Shown here piece by piece: positions 18,002 to 27,376 of a stretch of 49,421 nt of DNA (within the stretch, counting starts at the first letter, position 1; the number at the start of each line of letters is the position of its first letter). The stretch is from Thermoplasmatota archaeon (GTDB lineage Archaea; Thermoplasmatota; E2; DHVEG-1), in contig JAFGPP010000117.1 in assembly GCA_016936135.1 (NCBI GenBank), forward strand, positions 1-49,421, in the 5' to 3' direction. The notes beneath the pieces are model-generated. The model did no database searches and was not told where the DNA came from. It was given only the letters and a program-made list of their open reading frames with translations. The position numbers and the translations under genes are program-made.

Positions 18002-18744
18002 ACCTCCTTACCGTAATTATAGATATTACACCGTCTCTTCATTTCTTCATAGTCAAGATTATATCTCTCTAAAATGTCATTTATGCATTCGACCTCTGGT
18101 TTCTTTAAAATCCCGCGACATCCATCACATGGGCTACCATTTGTTGGACATATGGAATTACAACCTGCCCGTGTAATTGGTCCAAGACAAAACTTACCAA
18201 GCTCAAAAAGACAGATGTTTTCATTCTTTTTACATTCCACACACACAGGATAATTTGGTATTTCCGGGTTTTTTCCCATTGCAATTGAGGTAATTACTTT
18301 CTTAAATTCATCTCGATTTATTGGACATCCATGAATATTGTAATCAACTTTTACAACTTCATCGACTGCTTTTGTTTGAAATACATCAAAAAAATCGTTT
18401 CCTTTGAGATTATAATTTCCATAAACTTCTTTTTTAACCTCAGACGGAGTCCATTGATTTCTTATCTTGTTTATTCCCCCAATTGTAGCACATGCGCCAA
18501 GTGCAACTAGGATTTTTGCATTTTCACGTATCTCTTTTAGTCGGCCTTCGTCAATTGGTCGCATGATTGAACCTTCAATTATTGCAATATCATAATCATC
18601 GGAATGTTCCTTCATTACCTCCCTAAAAGAAACAACGTCCACAATATTAATGAGATCAAGGATCTCTTCCTCCAAATCTGCTATCTGCAGTTGACAACCT
18701 TCACAACTAGCAAAGTCAAAAAAGGCAACACGAGGTTTTTTCAT
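17992..18744 (-). CDS. hydD: [NiFe] hydrogenase small (delta) subunit
   Basis: 250 aa. FASCEGCQ proximal-cluster motif plus a further Cys-rich FeS region. Overlaps both neighbouring genes. Confidence 0.85.
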   Translation of the reverse strand: MKKPRVAFFDFASCEGCQLQIADLEEEILDLINIVDVVSFREVMKEHSDDYDIAIIEGSIMRPIDEGRLKEIRENAKILVALGACATIGGINKIRNQWTPSEVKKEVYGNYNLKGNDFFDVFQTKAVDEVVKVDYNIHGCPINRDEFKKVITSIAMGKNPEIPNYPVCVECKKNENICLFELGKFCLGPITRAGCNSICPTNGSPCDGCRGILKKPEVECINDILERYNLDYEEMKRRCNIYNYGKEVCK

Positions 18745-20678
18745 TCAAATGCCTCCGGAAGACCTTTAATATCGGCATAATTAAAAACTGGTCCCTCCCT
18801 GCAGACATAAATACCATTTATTTGACAATGACCACATTTTCCTACACCACATTTCATCCGACGTTCCAACGAAACTAATATGTTTTTTTCAGGAACCCCT
18901 AGAGTCTGTAAGCATTTTATAACAAATTTGTACATAACAGGTGGGCCGATAACAATAGCTATAGTGTTTTTTGGATCGATTCTTTCTACCTTTAATTTTG
19001 GAAATAAAGTTGTAATTAATCCAACACTGCCAACCCAACATTCACCTCCACTACAAGTATCAACTGTTAGACGGCATGAAACATCTAAGCATTTCTCCCA
19101 TTCATTTATTTCTTTTTGAAATAAAACCTCGCAAGGCCTCTTTGCCCCATATAAAATTTTTATATACTTGAATTTATCACGATTTTTTTTATCAAGACAA
19201 TATTCAATAAGAGATCTCATTGGAATAATACCAGTACCGCCAGATACAAATAGTAAATGTTTACCTTCTAGCGACTTTACATCAAATCCATTACCTAACG
19301 GTCCCCGGATACCAACAGAGTCACCAACCTTCAAAGTAGCAAGTTTGGATGTAAGATTTCCTACTTTTCTAACCACCAGTTCAAATTTTGAATTTTGAGA
19401 GGGACCGGTAGAAATTCCAAATGGTGCCTCACCTATACCAAAAAGCGAAAGTTCAACAAACTGTCCAGGTTTATGTCCTAGAGGTTTTTTATCATCCAGC
19501 TCTATTTCATAAAGTGTTTCGGAATCTGTTAATTTTTCAATGCGTGTGATTGTGGCTTTTCTTGGAACATGGATTGTTCCTTTTTCAAGAAAATCTATTT
19601 GCTGTTTCAAAAAAAACTTATCTTTATTTCCTTTTCCACCAAAGCTGTGAAGTTCATTTATAACATCACACGGGTCCGCAATATCAGGTAGACATGCCGT
19701 ACTGCATCTTCCACAACCGACACATGCAATAAATCCGTAGCGTTGTGTTAGGTAATTGCCCTTTCTAAAAAAGCGATGTCTATAGCGATCTTTAATTTCA
19801 TCTCTAAATACTTCACCACTGCCAACCTTAGTAAAATCACGAAGTAGACAACCATCCCAAGTCCTAAGCCTAGTCCCATCTTCAAGATTCAAGGAAACTT
19901 CATCTTTTACGTCATAACAATAACAAGTTGGACATACCATAGTACAAGAACTGCATTCAAGACATCTATCCGATCGCTCCTCCCATAATGCATTTTCATA
20001 ATTTGCCACAAGTAAAGATGATAATTCATTTTCATCAGTTACTTTTAATTTTTTCTTATATTTACTTGGGAGTTCTATGTGAATTTTGGCAATTTTTTTA
20101 ATTTCATCATCAGTTGCTTCATCAGTACTAGCATTTTGATTCAACAATAACTTACCTTTTTGCGAGCCAATAGTAATAGCATATTTGTTTCCTAAATTTG
20201 TTAGCATTAAGTCAAAGCCAGTATCTGTAATATGTGTTCCCAAACTTGCCGAAAAGGATCTTTCAGATACTTTTTGAATGTCGATTCCGATAATAATTGT
20301 GTTTTCTCTACGTTTTTTATAAAAATCGTCCTTTTGGTCATCAAGATAAACCCGATCCGTCTGCGTCAGAGCGACTATATCATAGGGATGTACTCCAATA
20401 ATAATTCTGGGTTTATTATCAAATTTTGTTTTTACGTCAAAATTTTTCTTAAGATCAAAGTCCATCAATTTTTCATATTGAGGTAAAAAATATTTTTTTG
20501 GTGGCAAAATCGTCACATCATAATCCAGACGTAGTTCGTTGGCATCTTCTAGTTCGTCAAAAACAAAACGTTCGCCTTTGGATTTTACACCAACAACTTC
20601 GTAATGGTCATTTTGAATCAGTTTATTTACAAAAATCCCCATTTCATTTTGAGAAATGGTTTTTATTTCCTGTTTCAT
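18741..20678 (-). CDS. Fused hydrogenase beta (AsrA-like 4Fe-4S) and gamma (AsrB/PyrK-like FAD/NAD(P) and 2Fe-2S) subunit
   Basis: 645 aa. Beta part has CLECSSCTMVCPTCYCYD and CVGCGRCSTACLP. Gamma part has an FNR-like fold (GPLGNGF, LFVSGGTGIIP) and CGVGKCGHCQ. Confidence 0.8.
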   Translation of the reverse strand: MKQEIKTISQNEMGIFVNKLIQNDHYEVVGVKSKGERFVFDELEDANELRLDYDVTILPPKKYFLPQYEKLMDFDLKKNFDVKTKFDNKPRIIIGVHPYDIVALTQTDRVYLDDQKDDFYKKRRENTIIIGIDIQKVSERSFSASLGTHITDTGFDLMLTNLGNKYAITIGSQKGKLLLNQNASTDEATDDEIKKIAKIHIELPSKYKKKLKVTDENELSSLLVANYENALWEERSDRCLECSSCTMVCPTCYCYDVKDEVSLNLEDGTRLRTWDGCLLRDFTKVGSGEVFRDEIKDRYRHRFFRKGNYLTQRYGFIACVGCGRCSTACLPDIADPCDVINELHSFGGKGNKDKFFLKQQIDFLEKGTIHVPRKATITRIEKLTDSETLYEIELDDKKPLGHKPGQFVELSLFGIGEAPFGISTGPSQNSKFELVVRKVGNLTSKLATLKVGDSVGIRGPLGNGFDVKSLEGKHLLFVSGGTGIIPMRSLIEYCLDKKNRDKFKYIKILYGAKRPCEVLFQKEINEWEKCLDVSCRLTVDTCSGGECWVGSVGLITTLFPKLKVERIDPKNTIAIVIGPPVMYKFVIKCLQTLGVPEKNILVSLERRMKCGVGKCGHCQINGIYVCREGPVFNYADIKGLPEAFE

Positions 20679-20791
20679 ACAAACACCTTTTCAACTCAAG
20701 TTAAAGAAAGTCCTTGAGCCTTTAACCCCGAGAAAACCGTGAACAGCTCTCTTAATATAAGCCTTTTTGTTAAATAAAATGTAAACTACAG

Positions 20792-20798
20792 AAAAAAA
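20792..20798 (-). terminator. Oligo-T tract downstream of the malic enzyme gene
   Basis: T7 on the minus strand about 40 nt after the stop. Archaeal terminators are typically oligo-T. Confidence 0.25.
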
Positions 20799-20836
20799 TA
20801 TAATTTGAAAATTACTTAAAATCTGATGATAAGTCA

Positions 20837-22195
20837 TCAATCGGGTTTTTTTATAAATTCATTTTTCATAAGAAGGTGTGTTAAATCCCGGGCGTTCTTT
20901 ATCATTGACATCGCGTTATCATATAAAGCTTTTCTAGATGGTTTGACTCGTGCAATACCCTGGGATATTGCTCTCAATCCAACCGCTACTGCTTCTCTTG
21001 GAAAAACATCCCAAGAGTCCATAGTAGGAACTATGTATTCCTCATTTATGCCCTTATCCTCTGCCGTTTTTGCAAGTTCGTATGCAGCAGCAATACACAT
21101 TTCATCTGTAATCGTTTCAGCACGAACATCCAGCGTTCCACGGAAAATACCTGGAAAACCAAGAGAATTGTTGATTTGGTTAGGAAAATCTGACCGTCCC
21201 GTTGCAAAAATTTTCACCCCTGCTTCTTTTGCTTCCCATGGCCAAATTTCGGGAACGGGATTTGCTGTAGCAAATACGATGGAGTCAGATGCCATTGTTT
21301 TTATCCATGTTTTTTTTATTGTTCCTGGGCCAGGCTTACTTGCAGCTATACAGATATCGGCATCCATAAAAGCTTTTTCAATTGGTCCCTTTCTGATCTC
21401 TGCATTTGTATTCACACAAATCTTCCATTTCTCAGGATTTTTTCCTTTTATTTCCTCGATATCTTTTCTATCAGGATTTAATATTCCTTTACTATCGGTC
21501 ATGATAATTTTTTTGGGATCAGCTCCAGCAGCAATTAAAACTCTGGTAATAGCAATATTTGCAGCACCCGCTCCAACCATACAAAAAAATGCATTACCCA
21601 GAGATTTTCCTACAATTTTTAAGGCATTAATTGCACCTGCAGTTACTATCGTAGCCGTTCCTTGCTGATCATCGTGCCAAACTGGAATGTCCATCTCTCT
21701 ACGAAGCCGATCTAGAATGTAGAAACACTTTGGGGTCGCAATATCCTCAAGATTGATGCCCCCAAAACTTGGCTTTAACCATTTTACAACTTTAATTATT
21801 TCTTCAGGATCTTTTGTGTCTAGACAAATTGGATATGCATCAACGCCACCAAGATATTTAAAAAGTAAAGCTTTTCCCTCCATAACTGGTAGACCAGCCT
21901 CTGGGCCGATATCCCCCAGTCCAAGAACCCTAGTTCCATCGCTTATTACCGCAATTGTATTCCATTTATTTGTATAATCATACACTTTAATTGGAGATTT
22001 TTTAATTGCTTTGCAAGGCTCTGCAACCCCTGGAGTATACCATATACCAAAATCATCAAAATCACGAATACGACATTTAGGGGTAATCTCTACTTTTCCC
22101 CTGTAGAATGGATGAAGTCTCATTGCCTCTTTTCCAGGTTTTTGTGCTTTTTCTAGTAGCTTTTTTTCATCAAATTTTTCTGTTACAATCCCCAT
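20837..22195 (-). CDS. NAD(P)-dependent malic enzyme
   Basis: 452 aa. Motifs YTPGVAEPC, VISDGTRVLGLGDIG, GINLEDI and a GAGAA dinucleotide fold. Confidence 0.9.
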   Translation of the reverse strand: MGIVTEKFDEKKLLEKAQKPGKEAMRLHPFYRGKVEITPKCRIRDFDDFGIWYTPGVAEPCKAIKKSPIKVYDYTNKWNTIAVISDGTRVLGLGDIGPEAGLPVMEGKALLFKYLGGVDAYPICLDTKDPEEIIKVVKWLKPSFGGINLEDIATPKCFYILDRLRREMDIPVWHDDQQGTATIVTAGAINALKIVGKSLGNAFFCMVGAGAANIAITRVLIAAGADPKKIIMTDSKGILNPDRKDIEEIKGKNPEKWKICVNTNAEIRKGPIEKAFMDADICIAASKPGPGTIKKTWIKTMASDSIVFATANPVPEIWPWEAKEAGVKIFATGRSDFPNQINNSLGFPGIFRGTLDVRAETITDEMCIAAAYELAKTAEDKGINEEYIVPTMDSWDVFPREAVAVGLRAISQGIARVKPSRKALYDNAMSMIKNARDLTHLLMKNEFIKKPD

Positions 22196-22295
22196 AAAGA
22201 CCAGTATGATATCTTATTTAATTATATTACATTTTAGACCAAAAGATATCTAAACCACATTTTCTTTAAAGCGAAATAATAACAGGAGGTGATAT

Positions 22296-22583
22296 ATGAT
22301 TATTGCTCAACTAAGTATTTCACCAGTGGGAAAAAATATTGGACTCAGTAAATACGTTAAGAAGGTTCTTGAAGTACTGAAAAAAGAACCAATCTCTATT
22401 GAGACAAATGCTATGGCCACGGTTATCGAAGCAACAGATATTGAAACACTCCTTTCTGCAGTAAACAAGGCTCACAATTGCTTGTTTGAAGTAGGGGTTC
22501 AACGAGTTATTACCGAGCTGAAAATAGATGACAGGCGAGATAAAAACGCAACAATTACGTCCAAGTTAATCAGTATAAAATAA
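22296..22583 (+). CDS. MTH1187/YkoF-family (UPF0045) small ligand-binding protein
   Basis: 95 aa. MIIAQLSISPVG start and the overall pattern are typical of the family. Confidence 0.7.
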   Translation: MIIAQLSISPVGKNIGLSKYVKKVLEVLKKEPISIETNAMATVIEATDIETLLSAVNKAHNCLFEVGVQRVITELKIDDRRDKNATITSKLISIK

Positions 22584-22652
22584 AATTGTAAAGATAAATC
22601 TTCAAAACAGTTATATGTAACAACCATATTCCCATGCCGGGGTTGTAATATT

Positions 22653-23228
22653 ATGCCAGTTAAAGACATCATTGAAATTGTTTTTCATGGCCGAGGTGGA
22701 CAGGGTTCAGTCACGGCAGCTAATCTCCTTGTATCAGCTGCATTAGCGGATGGCAATAAGGGCGTCCAAGCTTTTCCTGTCTTTGGAGCCGAAAGACGAG
22801 GAGCACCTGTAAGAGCATTTGCTCGCATATCTGAAAATGAAATTAACCTGAGAAGTGAAATTTATTATCCCGATATTGTAATTGTTCAAGATGAAAGCAT
22901 TATTGGACTTGTTGATATTACCAAAGGACTAAAAGAAAACGGTAGAATCCTAATTAATACAACAAAAAAACCAAGTGATTTTGATTTTTCTGATAAATAT
23001 GGAGTTGCAACAGTTGATGCCACTGGAATTGCCATAAAACATGATATTCTTGTTGGTGGAATACCTGTCGTAAACACTCCAATTCTGGGCGCAGTTCCAA
23101 AGATTTTGGATAAAGTGACCCTAAAATCCATCCAAGCATCTGTAAAAAACAAATGGAAGGGAGAACTTGCGGAAAAAAATGTTAGAGCAACGCAAGACGC
23201 CTTTGGTGAGGTAGAGGTGAACTTTTGA
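22653..23228 (+). CDS. porG: Pyruvate/2-oxoacid:ferredoxin oxidoreductase gamma subunit
   Basis: 191 aa with FHGRGGQGSVTAANLL and FGAERRGAPV. First gene in gamma-delta-alpha-beta order. Confidence 0.85.
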   Translation: MPVKDIIEIVFHGRGGQGSVTAANLLVSAALADGNKGVQAFPVFGAERRGAPVRAFARISENEINLRSEIYYPDIVIVQDESIIGLVDITKGLKENGRILINTTKKPSDFDFSDKYGVATVDATGIAIKHDILVGGIPVVNTPILGAVPKILDKVTLKSIQASVKNKWKGELAEKNVRATQDAFGEVEVNF

Positions 23229-23497
23229 AAAAATACGAGGTAGTTACAAGTATCTCCTATCCAAAAAAGGGAGCAATGGGAAAAACTGGTAGCTGGAGGG
23301 TTTTTAGACCAATTTTTGATAAGGCAAAATGCGTTAAATGCCTTCGATGCTGGATCTTTTGCCCGGAAGGCACAATTAAGCGAAAAAAGGATGATTCAAT
23401 TGAAATCGATTATGATTATTGTAAGGGGTGCGGGATTTGTGCCAATGTTTGTAAAGTTAAGGCAATTACTATGGAACGGGAGGCGAAGAAAAAATGA
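23225..23497 (+). CDS. porD: Pyruvate/2-oxoacid:ferredoxin oxidoreductase delta subunit (2x[4Fe-4S])
   Basis: 90 aa with TTG start overlapping the upstream TGA. CVKCLRCWIFCP and CKGCGICANVCK. Confidence 0.85.
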   Translation: MKKYEVVTSISYPKKGAMGKTGSWRVFRPIFDKAKCVKCLRCWIFCPEGTIKRKKDDSIEIDYDYCKGCGICANVCKVKAITMEREAKKK

Positions 23498-24654
23498 CGG
23501 TAATGATTGATACTGGTAATTACATTGCCGCAAAAGCTGCGGTTATGGCAAAACCGGATGTAGTTGCAGCATATCCAATAACTCCACAAACAACTCTTGT
23601 TGAAGGAATTGCTAATTATGTAGCATCTGGTGAGTATAAAGGAGAGTACATATGTGTTGAAAGCGAACATTCAGCAATGAGCGCTTGCATTGGTTCAAGT
23701 GCAACTGGCGTTAGGACTTTCACAGCCACCTCATCTCATGGACTTTTGCTTATGCATGAAATGCTTCACTGGGCTGCTCTGGCAAGACTACCAATAGTTA
23801 TGTGTAATATTAACCGAGTTATCGGTCCGGGATGGAATATTTGGGCAGATGAGAATGATTCCATTTCGCAAAGGGATACAGGATGGATTCAATTTTACTG
23901 CAGTAGCAACCAGGAAATTTTTGATACAATTATTCAATCTTTCAAAATTGCTGAGCATGAAAAAATCTCTTTGCCAATCATGGTAAATTATAACGCTTTT
24001 ATTTTATCTCATACATCAATGCCTGCCGATATACCAAGACAAAAAGAAATTGATGATTATTTAAAACGATATAGACCTCAGTGGAATCTTGATTGTGACA
24101 ATCCAATTACATTTGGAAACATAATCGGGACCGAACACTATGAAAAGATTAGACGGGCAATGCAGGATGCCCAAGAAAACGCCCTGAGAATTATTCCTGA
24201 AGTGGCTAAAGAGTGGAAAAAGTTGTTTGGACGCTTTCATGGCGATCTTATAGAAAAATATCATTGTGATGATGCCGAGTATATTCTTTTTTCCATGGGT
24301 GCAATAGGTGCTGAAAGTAAAGTTGCTATTGATAATTTAAGAAGTAGAGGAATTAAGATAGGGCTAGCCAGAGTAAGGACTTTTCGTCCATTTCCCGCAC
24401 AAGAAATCCAAAATCTCGCCAAAAATGCCGATCTGGTTGTAATTGATAGAAACATCTCGATTGGTTATGAGGGCGCCCTATTCACCGAAATTAAAGCAGC
24501 ATTATACGGTAAATCAGATGCAAAAGTTTCTGGATTTATCGCCGGACTTGGGGGCAAAGATGTTACCTTTACGAATATCGAAAATATTTGTAAAAGGGCA
24601 ATAGATGGAAAGACCAAGGGCAGCACATGGTACGGTTTTGAGGGGGCTAATTAA
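23494..24654 (+). CDS. porA: Pyruvate/2-oxoacid:ferredoxin oxidoreductase alpha subunit
   Basis: 386 aa with AAYPITPQT and ESEHSAMSACIGSSATGVRTFTATSS. Confidence 0.9.
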   Translation: MTVMIDTGNYIAAKAAVMAKPDVVAAYPITPQTTLVEGIANYVASGEYKGEYICVESEHSAMSACIGSSATGVRTFTATSSHGLLLMHEMLHWAALARLPIVMCNINRVIGPGWNIWADENDSISQRDTGWIQFYCSSNQEIFDTIIQSFKIAEHEKISLPIMVNYNAFILSHTSMPADIPRQKEIDDYLKRYRPQWNLDCDNPITFGNIIGTEHYEKIRRAMQDAQENALRIIPEVAKEWKKLFGRFHGDLIEKYHCDDAEYILFSMGAIGAESKVAIDNLRSRGIKIGLARVRTFRPFPAQEIQNLAKNADLVVIDRNISIGYEGALFTEIKAALYGKSDAKVSGFIAGLGGKDVTFTNIENICKRAIDGKTKGSTWYGFEGAN

Positions 24655-25559
24655 TGGCAATAAAAGATCTTCCTATTGATGAATGTTTATTAACCGGAAA
24701 TGCTGCTTGTCCTGGTTGCCCTGCAACACTAGGCCTTCGCCTTGTATTCAAAGCCCTTGGAAAAAACACAATCATGGTTGTCCCGGCGTGCTGCACAGCA
24801 GTAATCGAGAGTTTGTACCCGCACACTTCATTTGACATACCAGTGATGAATATTGCATTTGAAGCAGCTGCGGCTGGTGCGTCTGGCGTTGAAGCTGCCC
24901 TTAGAAAACTTGGTAAAAAAGATACAACTGTACTTGCATGGGCAGGAGATGGAGGAACTTACGATATAGGTATCCAGGCATTGTCTGGTGCAATTGAACG
25001 TGGAACTAATTTCATTTATATTTGTTACAATAATCAAATTTATTCAAACACGGGAATCCAAAGGAGCGGAGCTACCCCTTATGGGGCTTGGACTACCACA
25101 ACAGTAGGTGGTAAAACCGAGTTTCGCAAAGATATGGGTGAGATTATTATTGCTCATCATTTGCCTTATGCTGCGCAAACCTGTATTAGCTACCCAGAGG
25201 ACTTGTATGGGAAAGTAAAAAAGGCCAAGGACATAAAGGGCCCTAAATATATAGAAATTTTGGCTCCTTGCCCACCGGGTTGGCGTTTTAGTATGGACAG
25301 GACGATTGATATGGGCATTCTTGCTGTAGAAACGGGTGCATGGGCATTATATGAATACGAAAACGGAAATATGACGTTCAATGGAAAAAGTAAACTTATT
25401 TTAGAAAATAAAATTGATCGAAAACCTGTAGAAGAGTGGATTAGACAACAAGGCAGATTTTCACATCTTTTCAAACCCGAAAAAGATACAACAAAGATTA
25501 CTGCCATACAGAAAAATATTGATCAAACTTGGGAGCGATATCGGAAACAATATTTATAG
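24654..25559 (+). CDS. porB: Pyruvate/2-oxoacid:ferredoxin oxidoreductase beta subunit (TPP-binding)
   Basis: 301 aa with CPGCP and GDGGTYDIG motifs. Confidence 0.9.
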   Translation: MAIKDLPIDECLLTGNAACPGCPATLGLRLVFKALGKNTIMVVPACCTAVIESLYPHTSFDIPVMNIAFEAAAAGASGVEAALRKLGKKDTTVLAWAGDGGTYDIGIQALSGAIERGTNFIYICYNNQIYSNTGIQRSGATPYGAWTTTTVGGKTEFRKDMGEIIIAHHLPYAAQTCISYPEDLYGKVKKAKDIKGPKYIEILAPCPPGWRFSMDRTIDMGILAVETGAWALYEYENGNMTFNGKSKLILENKIDRKPVEEWIRQQGRFSHLFKPEKDTTKITAIQKNIDQTWERYRKQYL

Positions 25560-25605
25560 TAAATAAGTATTGTGGGGATTGTGATTATTATGGAGGCTGT
25601 GTGCA

Positions 25606-26163
25606 ATGCATTCAATGGCAATGGTGAAGCAGAGCCTCCCCCTACTTATCACCTGTGGAATTGGTGGCATTATCGCCGGCAGCACACTTAGTGTGATGTC
25701 TGAGATTTTAGAAAATATTCCTGGCTTGATAGTTGTAATTCCTGCAATTATCGCCCTACGTGGAAATATCAGTACAGCTCTTGGTTCTAGATTGGGGTCT
25801 GCATATCATCTTGGTGTAATTGGTGCTGAAAACATGTGGAATCCCGAACTTAGACAAAACATTCTAGGATCACTAGTTTTGAGTTTTTTAGTATCAATCT
25901 TGATTGGCATAATTGCTTATGTCACTACCGTCTTGTTTTTTAAAATGCATCCGGATCCATTCAAACTGCTTTCAATTGTCATTCTCGCCGGAATAATCTC
26001 GGCATTTATCCTCACAATTTTGACAATCACAATAATTTATCTAGTGTTTAAACGTGGTTATGATCCCGATAATATTACAGGTCCTGCTCTTGCAACATTT
26101 GGGGATATCGTCACTATGTTCTGTGTTTTTGGCAGTTCAATAATAGTCGAGGTGATAATATGA
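25606..26163 (+). CDS. MgtE/SLC41-like divalent-cation transporter, TM-domain-only protein, copy 1
   Basis: 185 aa, 4-5 TM helices. ALRGNISTALGSRL and PDNITGPALATFGDIV resemble MgtE TM motifs. Confidence 0.7.
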   Translation: MHSMAMVKQSLPLLITCGIGGIIAGSTLSVMSEILENIPGLIVVIPAIIALRGNISTALGSRLGSAYHLGVIGAENMWNPELRQNILGSLVLSFLVSILIGIIAYVTTVLFFKMHPDPFKLLSIVILAGIISAFILTILTITIIYLVFKRGYDPDNITGPALATFGDIVTMFCVFGSSIIVEVII

Positions 26164-26717
26164 TTTACAGTTGGAAAAAAATTGTTAGATATAGTTTACC
26201 ACTTCTAACTTTATGTGTTTTTATTGAGATTTTTGCTGGTCAATTACTCAACAGTGCACAAGATTTACTGATTGCATTACCAGTTTTTCTAATCGCAATT
26301 CCAGTTATTAATGGAATAGGGGGCAATATTGGAAGTATTTTAGGTGCACGTCTCGCATCAGGATTGCATGTAGGATATGTAAGTCTGGACATTAAAGATA
26401 GTGAAATGATAGAAAATCTGCTTGTATCAATAGTACTGGGGGCATCAACTTATGCATTTCTTGCGATACTTATATATTATATAGCATTATTTGGTGGTAT
26501 AGAAATGAGCATAGGTTTGCTTGAATTCACCGCTATCATAATGGGGGCAGGTTTCCTTCTCCTGTGTATCATATGCATCGTCAGCGTTTTAACTGCCTTT
26601 TTATCCTTCAAAAGAGGTCTTGACCCTGATGACATGGTTGCCCCCATTGTTACTACAGTCGGAGATACTCTTGGCATCTCTTTGTTATTTTTGTTTATTG
26701 GAGTAGTAGGAGTATGA
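26160..26717 (+). CDS. MgtE/SLC41-like divalent-cation transporter, TM-domain-only protein, copy 2
   Basis: 185 aa paralogue of the upstream gene (GIGGNIGSILGARL, PDDMVAPIVTTVGDTL), with a 4-nt overlap. Confidence 0.7.
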   Translation: MIYSWKKIVRYSLPLLTLCVFIEIFAGQLLNSAQDLLIALPVFLIAIPVINGIGGNIGSILGARLASGLHVGYVSLDIKDSEMIENLLVSIVLGASTYAFLAILIYYIALFGGIEMSIGLLEFTAIIMGAGFLLLCIICIVSVLTAFLSFKRGLDPDDMVAPIVTTVGDTLGISLLFLFIGVVGV

Positions 26718-27376
26718 AGGAAAGGGATAAACGAAGTATTTTTGGTAGACTACAACGAACACCCAAATGGCAAAAGGAGGAGTTCACAGAGCTTGAATAT
26801 CAGCCAACATCAGTTAAAGAGCTTCTAACCGAGATGAAGGACATTTCCGAGTTGATAATAGATCTAGCATACTCTGCAGTATTATTCAATAACAAGGAGA
26901 TGGCCGAGGAGGTAAAGTTTTTAGACGTAAGAATGGACAAGCTAAACTACGACATCAGGATAATGGCAATGATGGCTGCAAGAACAAAGGAAGACGCAGA
27001 ACAACTCGCAGGAATTCTCCAAGTAGCTGAAGCTGCCGAAACAATATCTAATGCAGCGGGTGACATCATAAGTCTCTTGGCAGAAGAGGAAACCGGGCCA
27101 ATTCTCCCAAAGATATTGAAGCAGGCGGACGAGCAGTTGTTCAGAGCAAAAATTTCTCCAACATCCATGGCATGCGATCAAAAAATCGGTGATCTGAGTG
27201 TGGAATCAGAGACAGGTATGAGGATAATTGCAATAAGAAGAGATGATTGTTGGATTTACAACCCTGATCCCGATACCGAGTTGAAAGCCGATGATTGGTT
27301 AATTACAAGAGGTACAGACGAGGGATTTAACGAACTCAATAACTTTTTAAAAGGAAAGTCAAAGGAGCTAGAATGA
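26714..27376 (+). CDS. PhoU-like helical domain plus TrkA-C (RCK_C) regulatory protein, copy 1
   Basis: 220 aa. N-terminal helical bundle, then a TrkA-C-like segment IGDLSVESETGMRIIAIRRDDCWIYNPDPDTELKADDWLITRG. Confidence 0.65.
   Translation: MKERDKRSIFGRLQRTPKWQKEEFTELEYQPTSVKELLTEMKDISELIIDLAYSAVLFNNKEMAEEVKFLDVRMDKLNYDIRIMAMMAARTKEDAEQLAGILQVAEAAETISNAAGDIISLLAEEETGPILPKILKQADEQLFRAKISPTSMACDQKIGDLSVESETGMRIIAIRRDDCWIYNPDPDTELKADDWLITRGTDEGFNELNNFLKGKSKELE

Noticed and set aside
20824-20839. Palindrome TGATGA-taag-TCATCA
   Set aside because: It overlaps the malic enzyme stop codon and is probably coincidental. The downstream oligo-T tract is the more plausible terminator.
20826-21668. 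280-aa plus-strand ORF
   Set aside because: It lies entirely antisense to the well-supported malic enzyme gene. The low-complexity S/A/I/F-rich translation is typical of a shadow frame.
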